A stretch of DNA of 61,976 nt, the filler included, from Hausera hauseri (lineage: Eukaryota), in the NCBI GenBank assembly GCA_046269625.1. It is 10 parts of 10 records of this genome, joined end to end, with 100 filler letters (N's around TTAATTAATTAA, not from the genome) between each part and the next. Parts side by side here need not be neighbours in the genome. Positions count along the whole stretch, not along the records: positions 35,283 to 40,269 come from JBJURY010369815.1; positions 40,370 to 45,551 come from JBJURY010314608.1; positions 45,652 to 50,607 come from JBJURY010379480.1; 7 more parts are not named here. The stretch is one strand, 5' to 3'. Within the stretch, counting starts at the first letter, position 1. Each line of letters begins with the position of its first letter. The translations under genes were made by a program, and so were the position numbers. The notes beneath the pieces are model-generated. The model made no database searches and was not told where the DNA came from. It saw only the letters and a list, made by a program, of their open reading frames with translations. Shown here one piece after another: positions 38,738 through 50,707 of this stretch.

Positions 38738-39838
38738 ATGAGTATTCACATGGTGTTGCCGAGCAACAGTTGTCCGACGACTCCTCCGAACAATTCCGCT
38801 AGTGAATACGTTGTATATTGGAACAATCCTTTGGATTTATCTGCTGGACAATGGGAGGTTGCACTGACGGAACTTAACTTCTCCTACGCACCGGTTACAT
38901 TGAAAGGTAGCATGAAAATAGCGTACAACAAGACTGTTACTGAAACCAAAACACATTCTTGTCCTCTGACACTTACTAACAATACAATATTGGTTGGAGA
39001 ATCGGTCATTTGCACAACTGCATCAAATGCACACGGTAAAATTGGTGTTTATATTTTAGAGCAACGCTTAGTTTTTCTGGCAAACTTTAAATTTACTGTT
39101 ACCTTTCCGTCCACTGAGATGGCGCAGAAATTTGGATTCTCAAATACAGAGTACAAAGGTCTAAGTATTAGAAGTAAAAATATAGTTTCTCCTAGATTAA
39201 GTCCCGTATATTACCAGACAACGGTGAAATTTACCTATACAGTACAAAGAGTGACAACGCCATACGTATCTATTGGAGACAATGTCTATTGAGAATCTGT
39301 AGCACAGCTCTGTCAACACTTTTCTTCTAGTAAAAAGTACAATGCGATATTTAAAGTTTTCGAGTCAGATGCAAATGGCTACGTTAAATTTAAACTGGCT
39401 AAGGATATTGTCGACATTTCATAGGATAAAGCTTTGGCCATGGTTTTGGGTTTTGAAAAACAGCGGTTTGAAACATAATATACGACGACAGGGGCGGAGG
39501 TGACAAATGTTGCAACACTCAAACCCAAACTGAAAACGGGACTAAGTCAAATATACATTTACGTGAACGTCACCGTACCGACCTTGGTCGCTGGAGTACG
39601 TGTACCGCTACTCCGTACAATTTATCCGGAAAGCAGCAAGTATACGGCCGGAGGCAATGTCACTGTCAAGTTCGATAATCCAATGTACCTTCCCGTGGCA
39701 TCTACATCTATAAACAGTGTTGAAGTGAATATCCGATGTGACGCGTGCTACCTTATTGAATTTCCGTAAGGTACCACAACCAGTCTAACTCTTCATTTCC
39801 GTCGAATCCAACAACAACAAAAACAACAATATGATTGA
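38738..39838 (+). pseudogene. Polinton minor capsid protein (penton) 2
   Basis: MVLPSNSC..NNSASEY..PLDLSAGQWEVALTELNF; IYIYVNV..VAGVRVPLLRTI..NPMYLPV..SVEVNIR..LTLHFRR; internal stops. Confidence 0.88.
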
Positions 39839-40118
39839 TTCTCAAATCGTATCCATTTACAGTAAACCGCAGCAGGGCGGTGAACTGCTGTATTTCGTCG
39901 GTAAACAGTATGGCTCTGGATGCTTGCGTACATTGGCACGTTTATCATTTCCGGTGTTGAAGCGTGTCGGTGCCGTGGTAGCAAAAACCGCACAGGACGT
40001 ACTATATGAAAACAAATCCATTTTACCATCACTGAAGGAACACACCTTGTCGGAAATAAAAGGCGCTGCATCGGGAGTCGTTGAATCAGTCAAATACAAT
40101 TCGCTGGCAGTGGCTTAA
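39831..40118 (+). CDS. Polinton/adintovirus core protein with cupiennin-like amphipathic segment
   Basis: QQGGELLYFVGKQYGSGCLRTLARLSFPVLKRVG, positioned between penton and major capsid gene. Confidence 0.75.
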   Translation: MIDSQIVSIYSKPQQGGELLYFVGKQYGSGCLRTLARLSFPVLKRVGAVVAKTAQDVLYENKSILPSLKEHTLSEIKGAASGVVESVKYNSLAVA

Positions 40119-40209
40119 TGACGATAAGAAAACGCCGTAGAGCATCATCGAGTTCATCAGCTATAAACAAACGTCGTCGTCGTACGATTTTCGATTGATT
40201 GATTGATTG

Positions 40210-40269
40210 ATGGCATCTGCAAAATCTGAATTGTGTATATTTGACAAAGCGACGCCACAAGTTGTTATT
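40210..40269 (+). CDS. Start of Polinton major capsid protein (cut by contig end)
   Basis: MASAKSELCIFDKATPQVVI matches the KSELDLF..PTQ N-terminal motif of Polinton MCPs. Confidence 0.75.
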
Positions 40270-40369
40270 NNNNNNNNNNNNNNNNNNNNNNNNNNNNNNN
40301 NNNNNNNNNNNNNTTAATTAATTAANNNNNNNNNNNNNNNNNNNNNNNNNNNNNNNNNNNNNNNNNNNN

Positions 40370-43345
40370 CCGTTTGGAAAGATAATATGTCCGAGGAAAT
40401 TAACGCGTTTCTGAAAGAAGTTACATTTCGCAAAATTTATCTGTAGGTTGAGCTGGTTAAGTCGTTTGAAGGTAGATCGTAGGTGTTCCTCGTGTTGTTT
40501 AACAGAAGAGAAGGGAATCAAGATATCGTCAATATATGGATGCGCCAAAGTGAAGTCTGAAAGGATTAAATCGATGTGTCGCTGAAAAGTCTGCGCAGAA
40601 TTCCGGAGACCGAAAGGCATATACAAGTACTCATAAAGACCAAAAGGTGTGGAAACTGCAATTTTCTCGATGTCTTCCCGTACGACAGGAATTTGGTGAT
40701 AAGCTTTGGCTAAATCAATTGTTAAATAAACTGAAGTAGTATTAAGCCTATGTAATATGTCTTTGACTAAGGGTAGTGGATATGCGTCCATTATGGTTAA
40801 AGTATTAAGCTGGCGGTAATCGTCGGATGGTCGAAAGGATTCATCTTTTTTTGGACAACGTGGAGAGGTGAAGGCCATGAGAATTTAGATCTGCGGACGA
40901 TACCTGAATGTTCGAGTTCCATGAATTCAACCTCAACTGCCTGCCTGCGACGCAGTGATAATGGACGGGCCTTTTATCTAATAGGCCTTTGATATCTTGT
41001 AATTATATGGTGGTAAATGCCGTTTACAGGAGTGAAGTATACAAAAAGTATGGATGAATTGCTGTAAATTGAGGGTAGTTGCTGGAATGTTGTGAGCGGT
41101 GATAAACCAAAGTTATTAGCAGTACTTGATATTTAGTGGTCAGTCGTTGATGAGCAATTGAATGTAGTTTGGAGTAGGGTGTTCGGGTTCGAAACCGTAT
41201 TTAAGTAAGTGCTGTTGTTCAATGATTTTACTGAAAATATCAAATCGTGAGTGTCGACGTTGAGCTGTCATCGGCTGTCGACATTGTCCGTTTTAAGCAT
41301 ACGTTGTTAAGCGTGATGGTTAATGGAATTATTATGAGTCACTGCGTTTTTTAAGATAGATACCTTACTTACTGTGGACTGTGTTGTCGTCGAGGTGCTA
41401 TTGTCGTTTATTCCTGTGCTACAGTCTACAGATGTATTTGATTTTAGGCAACGTCGGTTACAATCGACTAGTAAATTATAGTGCGAAAGGAAATCGGAGC
41501 CAAATATTGCCGTTTGGACCTTCGCGACTGTAAACGTCCAATGAAAGGGAGAGGAAAATTTTCGCAGAGTGAAAGATAATTTGCAGGTTCCGGCAATATG
41601 AAAAAGTTGACCTGAGGAGGTGTATAAGAGTTTTGTTTTAAATGAGGAATGCTGAACTTGGAAAAGAAAGTGGTCATGGTAAGATCGCTGCATCGGTATC
41701 GATGAGAAAATCTATCGATTGAATGTTAGAAGTCGAGATAGCAGTATTTAGTGTGAAGACTGCAAAAGAGGTGTGACGGCAAGCGGAATTAGATAAGTTG
41801 CCTTTGCCAGAATGTGCCGAAAACACTGGCGGCAAAATCAGTTTTTTGGATTGGTGAGTTAGCATGGTTACTTTATTACTTTAGGTTTATAGTTACAGCC
41901 TAAAATACAATTTCGAGCTCTAAATCCAAATTTTGCATGATAGATGCAAACTATGTTATCCGAGTGTAGATTCGACAAATAATATCTACATCTTAAGCAG
42001 CATTTATTTGCGTTGTTATTAAATTTGTTGTGGTAATAACATATAAATGACCGCATTGGTGACGGTGTTCGATTTCTGGAAGGCGAACGTGTTCGATGAG
42101 GCAAGGAAGCAATGCGTCGATGTAAGGAAAGGTCATTATGCTTATCATTGATGGTGTTGTTTATATGTTGTAGTGACACGTTTGCGGCGCCTAATTGGCT
42201 CAGTTGGTGCTTGATAGATGTATGTCGTTGATTGTCATCGGTAGTAATAGCTGCTGATATGATGGGTTGTGATTGGATTTGTAAGACTTCGTGTGTTTTA
42301 TAGGCCAATTCAGCTAGTTTGTTAAGGCTGTAGAATCTTCAACAACGGCTAGTAAAGCCCTAATTTGAATGGGTAAGGCATTAACGAAATGTCATCGAAG
42401 TAGATCCGGATTGTGTTCCTTAATGACACCTAAAGTACGCAAGTGAGCCAACAAGGTACGTAGGAAATCACTAGATTTTTGTGTCCCCACTGCATTTTCA
42501 TTAAAGAAGCGTTGTATTATCGAATCAATTGATGGTTCTGTCAGTTTTAACACAGCATTTAAGGGTCAAGGTGTTGAAAGATGTCCAATAAGTTATGGTT
42601 GAGGCTTTTATGGAGTTTGGTAGAAGGTAGAGTGGATTATGGGCTTTGGGTAACGAGTCTCTAATACCGTTGGATTGTAACCAGAGTTGGTAGAAGTGGA
42701 GCCAAGTTTTGTTAGAATTTTCATTGTCTATAAAATAATCAGAGCAATGTGGGGGTGTACTGATAGGATTTTTGTGAAAAGAATTTGCATCGGTTGAAGT
42801 AGGTGGATGATTTGATTTGGAGTAGTAGAGAATGAATTTGGGTTTTGTGGTCACCTTATCGGTGGTGTCACTGGGTGGTGAAGAAATCATACCGCCGCAA
42901 ATTCTAGGATGGATATGAATACATAGGTAGTAATGTAAGGACATAATGTGTGGTAGGTCAGTTAAAATGAAACCATTGTGAGTCAAATAAAAATCGCTGA
43001 AGGCGGTGGTATTATGAATGAAGGCATATAGTTGTAATGTCTCGATACATTGTGTGGTATGTATTGTCTGTATTAGGTTATTATTAACATAAAGGTAGAG
43101 GGAAAAGGGTGGTGATAGACAGTAAATCGGATAGTATGGTATCTCGATGGGGTTATCATTGTTTGTTTGCGACGATATGTTTGTTCCGTTGGTTGCTAAC
43201 AAATTGGATATTGCTATTGATGCATTACACAGAGTTTCATCGGAAATAAATCGGATTTTTCAGAGAATTTCGCTGGTCGTTAGCAAATGAGAATCGATAG
43301 TTCTATAAGTCTCGTTCTGCAGTGGTGCAACGGAATCACCGGCGA
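40370..43345 (-). mobile_element. Degenerate CsRn1-like Ty3/gypsy retrotransposon (UBL-gag-PR-RT), copy B
   Basis: Gag with ICYYHNKFNNNANKCCLRC and VCIYHAKFGFRARNCILGC, protease FLIDTDAAILP, RT DYRQLN/IDLAKAYHQIP/HPYIDDILI. Colinear with copy A. Confidence 0.93.
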
Positions 43346-43859
43346 CTTCCTAGCTGCCGGGATAAAACCCGTACAGTCTTTAAGAAGAACCAATTTGTGA
43401 TGTGGAAGGCAATTGAGGCGAAGGATATGGAGTAAACATGCCGTACACAGCAGAGCTGACGGATTTCATTCTTGTGAGCACGATGTCCTCCGATGGGAAA
43501 TTGCAGTTGGATTTGCCAACTGTGAGATTATTCCAGACTCCATGTGTGTCTATTTCGACAGCATAAAGTGTTAAAATAATATTTCTCTTTTTTAAATATT
43601 GCTGCGTAAATGAATCATCACTTAATACCATATTGCGTGATCTTTTACCAAGTGTGGATTTCTTGATAGATGCAACAGATGCCTCACTAGACAAACCATT
43701 ATATCCTCGAATAGTGCCTTCAGGCGTAGAATACAAACGAATCATCGAACTGGCAGATGAATTTGCTTTCGGGAAACTACCGGGTTTTTGCCATAGAAAA
43801 GAAAAGTAATTCGGGTCCAAATCATTGGACATGGTTCCTTTGTTATTATAATGAAAGTA

Positions 43860-45551
43860 TTCTAATCTTCAACACTAGCAGATTGTGCTAAATATTTCTT
43901 TTCTTGACGATATGAATAATTGCTTACTTTCAATACGTTGATTAGTCTTTGCATAATTTCATCGGGATGAAGAGGACTGGCTGTTTTCATGTTCCATGTA
44001 ACACGCAGACTTCGAGGTTTTATACTCGAATGTTCACAGGCGTCCTTGACGTCTGACTTCCTTAAAATTGGATAATCTGAATCACTGGAATTATCATCAG
44101 CATTTGTGTTTTTAAATCGTTCAAAGTATTCGGCATTTTCGAAAGCAAAGGCTCAAATTGACTATGCGGTCTCGTGTGATGTCTGGTTGATTTAGGCATT
44201 TTTGAGGCTAATCTGGTGAGAAAATTCTGCTGGACGACAGGTTCTGGACTGCTGAGACACAATGGATCGATTTCTGTCATTTGAGTAGCTGCAATGCTTG
44301 GAGTAGGGTTTTTGGACGTTACTAACTTTATGTCATTATGTGTGTGGATTGTATTTCGCTCTAGTGTAAAACGCGGGAAATTTGTATTGATTATGTTTTT
44401 CCCAGAATTCTGGTTTTTGACTTCCTTATCACCGGTCGCATGCTCGGACTTTGACAGTAAGAGTTCATTCAATGTTACATCCGGTTGTTTCGATTGTTTA
44501 TACGAATTGAAATCGTCATTTACTGAAGAATCAGTCTGACTGCTACCAGTCTGTAACGATTGTCCATACGTAGGCATTTTATTTTTCTTATAACGAGACA
44601 TGTAAGTTGTCGATGATTCACGAAGAACGTCATTGCTGTTTTTATATTGAGCACCTATTGCTTTTGATTTCTGATTACTTTTAGACGAGGTTGAAGCCTC
44701 CGCAATATTTATAACTGGACCGACAGCGGACATTTGTCCGGATGTATTGGATTTGGATTCATCGTGTAAATTTATTATGTCGGGGAAATTTAAACCTGTT
44801 TCCGTCACAGTGGACACATTAAGAGTAACATTTATCGCACATTTTTTGACATTTGAAACCTGATCGAGAAAAGATTTTTTCACAGACGTTTCATGAGAAA
44901 TGGACGTATCAATATTGACTTGATTCAATCGTTCAAGTATTTGGTCTAGATCGTCTTGATGTTTTGAATTTTTGTTTGTGTTGAAAGAATATTTTATAAT
45001 TTCATAGTATTCAATAGATCTTGAATTTTTTTATCTCCAGAACTGTCAATAGTGTCTAGACCGCCGTTTGTATTAACAAGTTTTAGGTTCACAGTTTTAT
45101 TGGACGTCACACGATTGGATACGGAAGAATAATTGTACGTTTGAGAATTTAAATTTGAATTTCCCGAGTCTTTAGCGATTTCTGGAGTTGTAACAGATAT
45201 AGATTGATGGGAATTTGATTGCTGTAATGAAAGGTTGCTGCCTGCTGTAGCATCAGTTGTTTCAAAAATTCGAATGATCACTTCCTAACAAATAATGTGG
45301 CCGTAAGGTTATTAAATCTTCTAGTCCTCAATGACTTAAAAATATCTTCCTTAGTAAACCCCAGTTTTGCATTTTCTCAATTCGAGCAATGTCATTGAAA
45401 TCTGTCGGAAGTTCCTCGTAAGGAAGTAATTTATTTGTATCAAAACCCATGTTTACCCAGGTGTCGTTCATAATATTTGTCAGCGATTGACGTTTCAAAG
45501 GATCGAGTACGAGCATTTTTCGCAAAAGTTTTTCCCAATCCGTTGACATGT
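43860..45551 (-). pseudogene. MARK: Intronless, disrupted MARK/PAR-1 kinase copy (kinase C-terminus, UBA, spacer, KA1 start)
   Basis: MSTDWEKLLRKMLVLDPLKRQSLTNIMNDTWVNMGF..LLPYEELPTDFND..RIEKM, and KA1 lead-in KPRSLRVTWNMKT..PDEIM. Frameshifts and stops; no introns over 1.7 kb. Confidence 0.88.
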
Positions 45552-45914
45552 NNNNNNNNNNNNNNNNNNNNNNNNNNNNNNNNNNNNNNNNNNNNTTAAT
45601 TAATTAANNNNNNNNNNNNNNNNNNNNNNNNNNNNNNNNNNNNNNNNNNNNTAATCCAAATTATTTATTTTGAAACAAATTTTCCAAATTCAAATCAGAT
45701 TTTCATTAAAAATTTAATCAAGTAATTTAAATTAAATGTTTTAATTAATTCCGAATTAAAATCTTAATTTAAATTTAAAAATGTTTCTGATTTAAATTTA
45801 GAACTTGTTATAGTTTTGAACCTCTAGTAAATGCATTTAATTGCAATATTATGTAATGCGTCATTATATTATTTAATGTTTTTATTAAGTTATTGTGTTT
45901 TATGTCATGCAGCT

Positions 45915-46868
45915 ATGTCTTCCAGGCGAAGGTTAACAATACAATAGCGTTGTATGATTGCGGTTAAGTCTCAGGAGAGATATTTCTACAGGAAAATAGC
46001 TGAATTGATGGGATGCATACTGTCAACGGTAAGAAGCATTATCAAAAAGCACAAAAGGACCAACTTTGTCACTGATCGCCCTCGCGAGGGTCGTCCAAGG
46101 AAAACCACAACAAAAGAAGATCGACTTCTCATTAGAATGTCTCTTGGTAACCGAAGATTAACATGGTCGGATGTCAAGTCAGCCATGCAGGAAAGCTGTA
46201 ACTTGGATCTAGCAACCTCAACTATAGGAAAGCGTCTCCAAATGTTGGCCTTCAGGGTTGAAATGTGACGAAGAAACCTCTTTCAACACATATACACCGG
46301 AAACGACGTTTGGAATTCGCAAGGGCTCACAAAAATTGGGACCTGGAAAAGTGGAAGAAGGTGGTCTGGAGCAACGAGAGCTCCTTTCAAGTGTTCTGTG
46401 GTGCTAAACGAGCCATAGTAAGGAGGCTCCATAGGACAATGCTCCATAGCATAAGGCCAGGATGGTGACAGCATGCCTCGAGGAAGCTGGCATATCGTTC
46501 ATGGATTGGCCTCCGCAGAGCCCAGATATCAATCCCATTTAGCATTTGTGGGAGATACTCTTAAAATGTTCAGGGCATGAAGGCCGTTTCAAAAGATAAT
46601 CCGTGGGGCATCTTACAGAGTGCTTGAAATGAGCTGTTTGTTTCATAGGCTGGTTGAGTCAATGCCACAACATATAATGGTCGTGATAGCCGCAAAAGGT
46701 GGCAACACTAAATATTAGTGAAGACTGAACAGTTTTGAACTTCTAAAGTGTTTTTTTAATAAACTGTGTATTGGATTGACTTTGTGAATGTTTTTACAAT
46801 AAAATTAATGTTATGATACAAAATCCTGTAAATTTTTTGTCTATGTGGGAAACTTAATACCAGCACTG
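45915..46868 (+). mobile_element. Internally deleted Tc1 (DD34E) transposon with right end
   Basis: PREGRPRKTT, KKPL, RLEFARAH..W..VVWSNESSF, WPPQSPDINPI*HLW, AKGGNTKY*; terminus ...CCAGCACTG followed by TA. Confidence 0.9.
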
Positions 46869-46979
46869 TATATTAGGAAATTCATAATACTTATTATCGT
46901 CCAATATTATTTTAGAAAACCATTTTCTGACAAAATATTTAGGTCAAATGATTTGGAATATACACCTGTATATCATACA

Positions 46980-47804
46980 ATGGTGAAACGAAATTTCAAA
47001 ACTGTCAATATAGACATAAAATTTGGAAAATCAAGTCCAACGGAAGCTCTACATTCTAATGAGGATAATAATGATAAATTTCATATATCTGAAATTAGAA
47101 ATGCTTTGCCAATTCAGGCTGCTGCTACTCGTACTATCGACAATTTATCTCAGCTTCCATTACATGGACCATTTGTCCTCGAAGTATCCAATGTAAACTA
47201 TTGTGCATCCGATGAAAGCATTTACAATCTGTTTAAAAGATTTTCTGTTAAATCTGTCAAATCTAGCCCACAAACAAAAGGAACTTGGTATGTAGAATTT
47301 TCAGATGTTGAAAGCTTGAGAAACTCGTTCAGTTTAAATGGAACTGATTTCGTGTCGCGAAAACTCAAATTAGCACTTGCCTCAAGTGATAAAGTTGAAC
47401 GGATATTTCGGAGTGGTTGTAGTTTTAAAACTTCATATTTAGCATCAAAATCATCAACAATTGTCAATGAAAAATGGAGGAAGGATGATTCTTTGGAAAA
47501 CAAAACAAAACAGTTTGTTGATGACATTAATGACTGGAGGCGCAAACCAGCACAACCAAAAATCGTCACAGAAAACGAAAGTTCCTTAAAAAATACAGAT
47601 AACAACATAGATTTTGATAATTGGCGAAAAGCAAAACCTCAGTTGAATGATGTAAAAACTCCTGATGTAACTAGAAACGATCAAAAATTAACAAGGAACA
47701 ATTTGGGAAATAAATCCAACTGGAAATGGAATTTTAATAAATGTGCCAATATTGATTCGGACAATATGACTTGGCGGAAGAAGCCCAATGCAGAAAAATG
47801 TTAA
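46980..47804 (+). CDS. EIF4B: eIF4B/eIF4H-like RRM protein, intact single exon (274 aa)
   Basis: LPLHGPFVLEVSNVNY..WYVEFSDVESLRNSFSLNG..RKLKLALA (eIF4B-type RRM), repeated D-x-WR motifs (DDINDWRRKP, DFDNWRK, NMTWRKK), AATAAA at 47821. Confidence 0.75.
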   Translation: MVKRNFKTVNIDIKFGKSSPTEALHSNEDNNDKFHISEIRNALPIQAAATRTIDNLSQLPLHGPFVLEVSNVNYCASDESIYNLFKRFSVKSVKSSPQTKGTWYVEFSDVESLRNSFSLNGTDFVSRKLKLALASSDKVERIFRSGCSFKTSYLASKSSTIVNEKWRKDDSLENKTKQFVDDINDWRRKPAQPKIVTENESSLKNTDNNIDFDNWRKAKPQLNDVKTPDVTRNDQKLTRNNLGNKSNWKWNFNKCANIDSDNMTWRKKPNAEKC

Positions 47805-49011
47805 TTGTTTTATTTTTGTTAATAAATAATTTTTGTTATTAATTCTGAGTTTAAATTTTAATTCAAAAATAAATTATACTCACATTAGAGATGTAAGTAA
47901 ATTCATGTTTGTCGATTTAACAGTTTGATATAAACGTTATTATCTCCATGTAATATAAATTAAAGATTTTATTTCAAATGATATTGTATAAAGGCGTTAT
48001 ATATATTGTGTGTTTCAAGACTCCACATAGGCTGAAAATTACACTGAGACATAAATAGACGGAAATTAATTATATGTAAATTTGTGAATTATTTTTGAAT
48101 ATTAATCGCCGAATTTTTATCGCTTGTTTATTTATTCGAGGCAAGGAAATAGAAATATTTCCTCAATATCTCTCATATCGTACTGAAACTTCAATTTCTT
48201 AATTCTCTATGTAATGTTTCTTAATGATACTTGTACATTATACAGTATAACATACTGACACTTATACATTATGCGACACATCGAATTGGTACTTGTATAA
48301 TTTATGTTCTAATTGGAATAATTATTATTTAATTATTGTTTTGATTAGTTAAATACTTTCCACTTCGTTATCAGCATTTGTACATTAAACAAAAATGGCG
48401 TAGTTACCCATTACGGGGTTTAACATTATGAAACAAGAAGACGTTTATATATAAACAAGGATTTATTACTTACACAAAATATTCACATAGTCATAGTCAT
48501 TTATTTTGAATTGTAAAATTTCGAATCACAAAATATAATTGTTAATGTCATCATTTTTGGATTGCAGCATGAATGTCAATGCATATACATTTTGGTTTGG
48601 TTGGGTTTAGATTTTCTAGTTGGGTTCAATTTGAATTTGATTTGAAATTTTGAATTTGTTATTTCGGATTTTTGGATTGGGTTCATTTATTACAAATCGT
48701 AACAGTGTCATCAGATTTCACCCGTATTTCTAAGAATTTCTCATGTGAAATATAAGGATGTTTGTTTCTACATACAATCAATGTTTGTGATTCTCAGTTC
48801 AAATATCGATATTTTATAAAGGTATTGAAATTGTAAAAGGTAAATTTTTTTTTTAATTTTCATTGAAAATATTCTATGAAAATAATTGTAGGAATCTATC
48901 TGGTGTGCCAATATAAATACGTAATTTATTGCAAAATATTTAGTAAAATGGATTGTAAAATATTATTTCTTGTTATTGATGTTCAGAAATGTATTATCAG
49001 TAAAGATGAAC

Positions 49012-50607
49012 TTATTCACCTGAATTTTTTCCTCCGCCAAATAATGCCAGTAAATCAGTGAACCAATCATTGTCGTACAAGCCATCCAATTGGTCAACAA
49101 TGGCCAGTCTTGTGTCTTCATTGAACAATCGAATAAAATTATCATTCGTTTTCAATTCATTCTGCAATTTTTGACAAAATTCATTTGTTTCATTGAGGTA
49201 TTTCTTCATTGCTTTCAATAGTTCTTTGATTTCCCTTACAGTTTGATTAGCTGTTTTAATTTCCGTTTTGGTCGAAATAATTTTTATTGAATTTATGATG
49301 TGAAAATTGATACCTATCTGATTGCTTTCATTAAAAAGCTTGTCTATTTCATTTCCGCATCGGGTTATTTCGGAAAAGTATTCGGGGAACAAAATGTATA
49401 AAATTTCTGTATTATTGATGTCGAATAATCGTCTTATAGTACAATCAGTCTCATAAATCTTGGTGGATAATTTATAAATCTCATCAAATGTGCTTTGGGT
49501 TTGAGCTGTGTTGTCCATTGATGTTGGTCGTTCAAGAATCGCATACTTTGTGTTGTTGTTCAACGAATATTTAACGATAAAACCAAATGTAGAACAATTC
49601 TCAGTCGATTCGATTAATTTTATTAATTTGACTTGGCTTTCCTCCATGTTGCCCTGTGTGAGTTCTTGAAAAAATTGCTCATCAATCTGTTTGACTTCAT
49701 TTATTTTCGTTAATGTTTCACTGAGAATATTTCTTAGTTTCATTTTCTGTTCATTACGTAGTTGAACAACGTTTAAAATTGATTTCAAAAATTTTTTACC
49801 CAATTCAATTCGGAATTCGTCCGCTGTCATTTCACATTGAATCTGTAAATCAGTTAAGTTATCACCGTTTGAACATTCATTAATCGGACAAATGTATTTC
49901 AATAATTTATTGGACGAGCAATTCGAGCAAACGAAATGAGATCCGCATGAAAATGTAAACGCACGTTCAGCAACACTCAAACATACAATGCAATGCTCAG
50001 TGGAGTCGGAGTAAAATTCTGATAAGGTATTCGATAATTCTGGAAGACCGAAGATTAGTTTCAAAAAATCTCTAAAGTATTTCTCTATTAGATTTACATC
50101 TCTTAACTTTGGTAATTGAACCAATCGGTTTACATTAGTATTTTCATTACTACTGACTTCGTTATGGTTTTGAATATTTTCATCTTTTTTGATGTCTCTA
50201 AAATACTTATCTTTATAATTATGAATTAAATTGAATTGCAAATGAATGTGTTGAATTTTGTAAAGTAGAATATTCAACAAATTCACTTTGATTAATGTTT
50301 CTTGATCAATTCTTTTGTCAAACCAGCATCCATTGAAATTGTTGCTGATGTGTTTAAAATTATTCTGAAATGTAGTACACATAGTTTCAAAATATTCATA
50401 ATTTGAGTTCAGCATATCGTCACTTAGTTCCAATATTTCCCGCACTACATTTGCAAATTCATTTTTTATGGACGAGATGTTTATTACCATGTTTCTGTTT
50501 CCATTGGCAACAAACATATCTTTCAAATTATTTTCATATGAATTGATTAACGTCATAAGCGGAATCATTTTCGTTGTCCATGTTTTAATTTTATCATAAA
50601 CATCATT
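49012..50607 (-). CDS. Large helical protein fragment with an internal RING-like finger (5' end cut by gap)
   Basis: More than 518 aa open; CIVC..SCGSHFVCSNC..CPINEC. The layout recalls RNF213-type E3 ligases but this is not confirmed. Confidence 0.6.
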   Translation of the reverse strand, partial: NDVYDKIKTWTTKMIPLMTLINSYENNLKDMFVANGNRNMVINISSIKNEFANVVREILELSDDMLNSNYEYFETMCTTFQNNFKHISNNFNGCWFDKRIDQETLIKVNLLNILLYKIQHIHLQFNLIHNYKDKYFRDIKKDENIQNHNEVSSNENTNVNRLVQLPKLRDVNLIEKYFRDFLKLIFGLPELSNTLSEFYSDSTEHCIVCLSVAERAFTFSCGSHFVCSNCSSNKLLKYICPINECSNGDNLTDLQIQCEMTADEFRIELGKKFLKSILNVVQLRNEQKMKLRNILSETLTKINEVKQIDEQFFQELTQGNMEESQVKLIKLIESTENCSTFGFIVKYSLNNNTKYAILERPTSMDNTAQTQSTFDEIYKLSTKIYETDCTIRRLFDINNTEILYILFPEYFSEITRCGNEIDKLFNESNQIGINFHIINSIKIISTKTEIKTANQTVREIKELLKAMKKYLNETNEFCQKLQNELKTNDNFIRLFNEDTRLAIVDQLDGLYDNDWFTDLLALFGGGKNSGE

Positions 50608-50707
50608 NNNNNNNNNNNNNNNNNNNNNNNNNNNNNNNNNNNNNNNNNNNNTTAATTAATTAANNNNNNNNNNNNNNNNNNNNNNNNNNNNNNNNNNNNN
50701 NNNNNNN

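Noticed and set aside
46845-46979. N-terminal extension of the eIF4B ORF in the ORF track
   Set aside because: It starts at a GTG inside the Tc1 terminus; the plausible start is ATG 46980.
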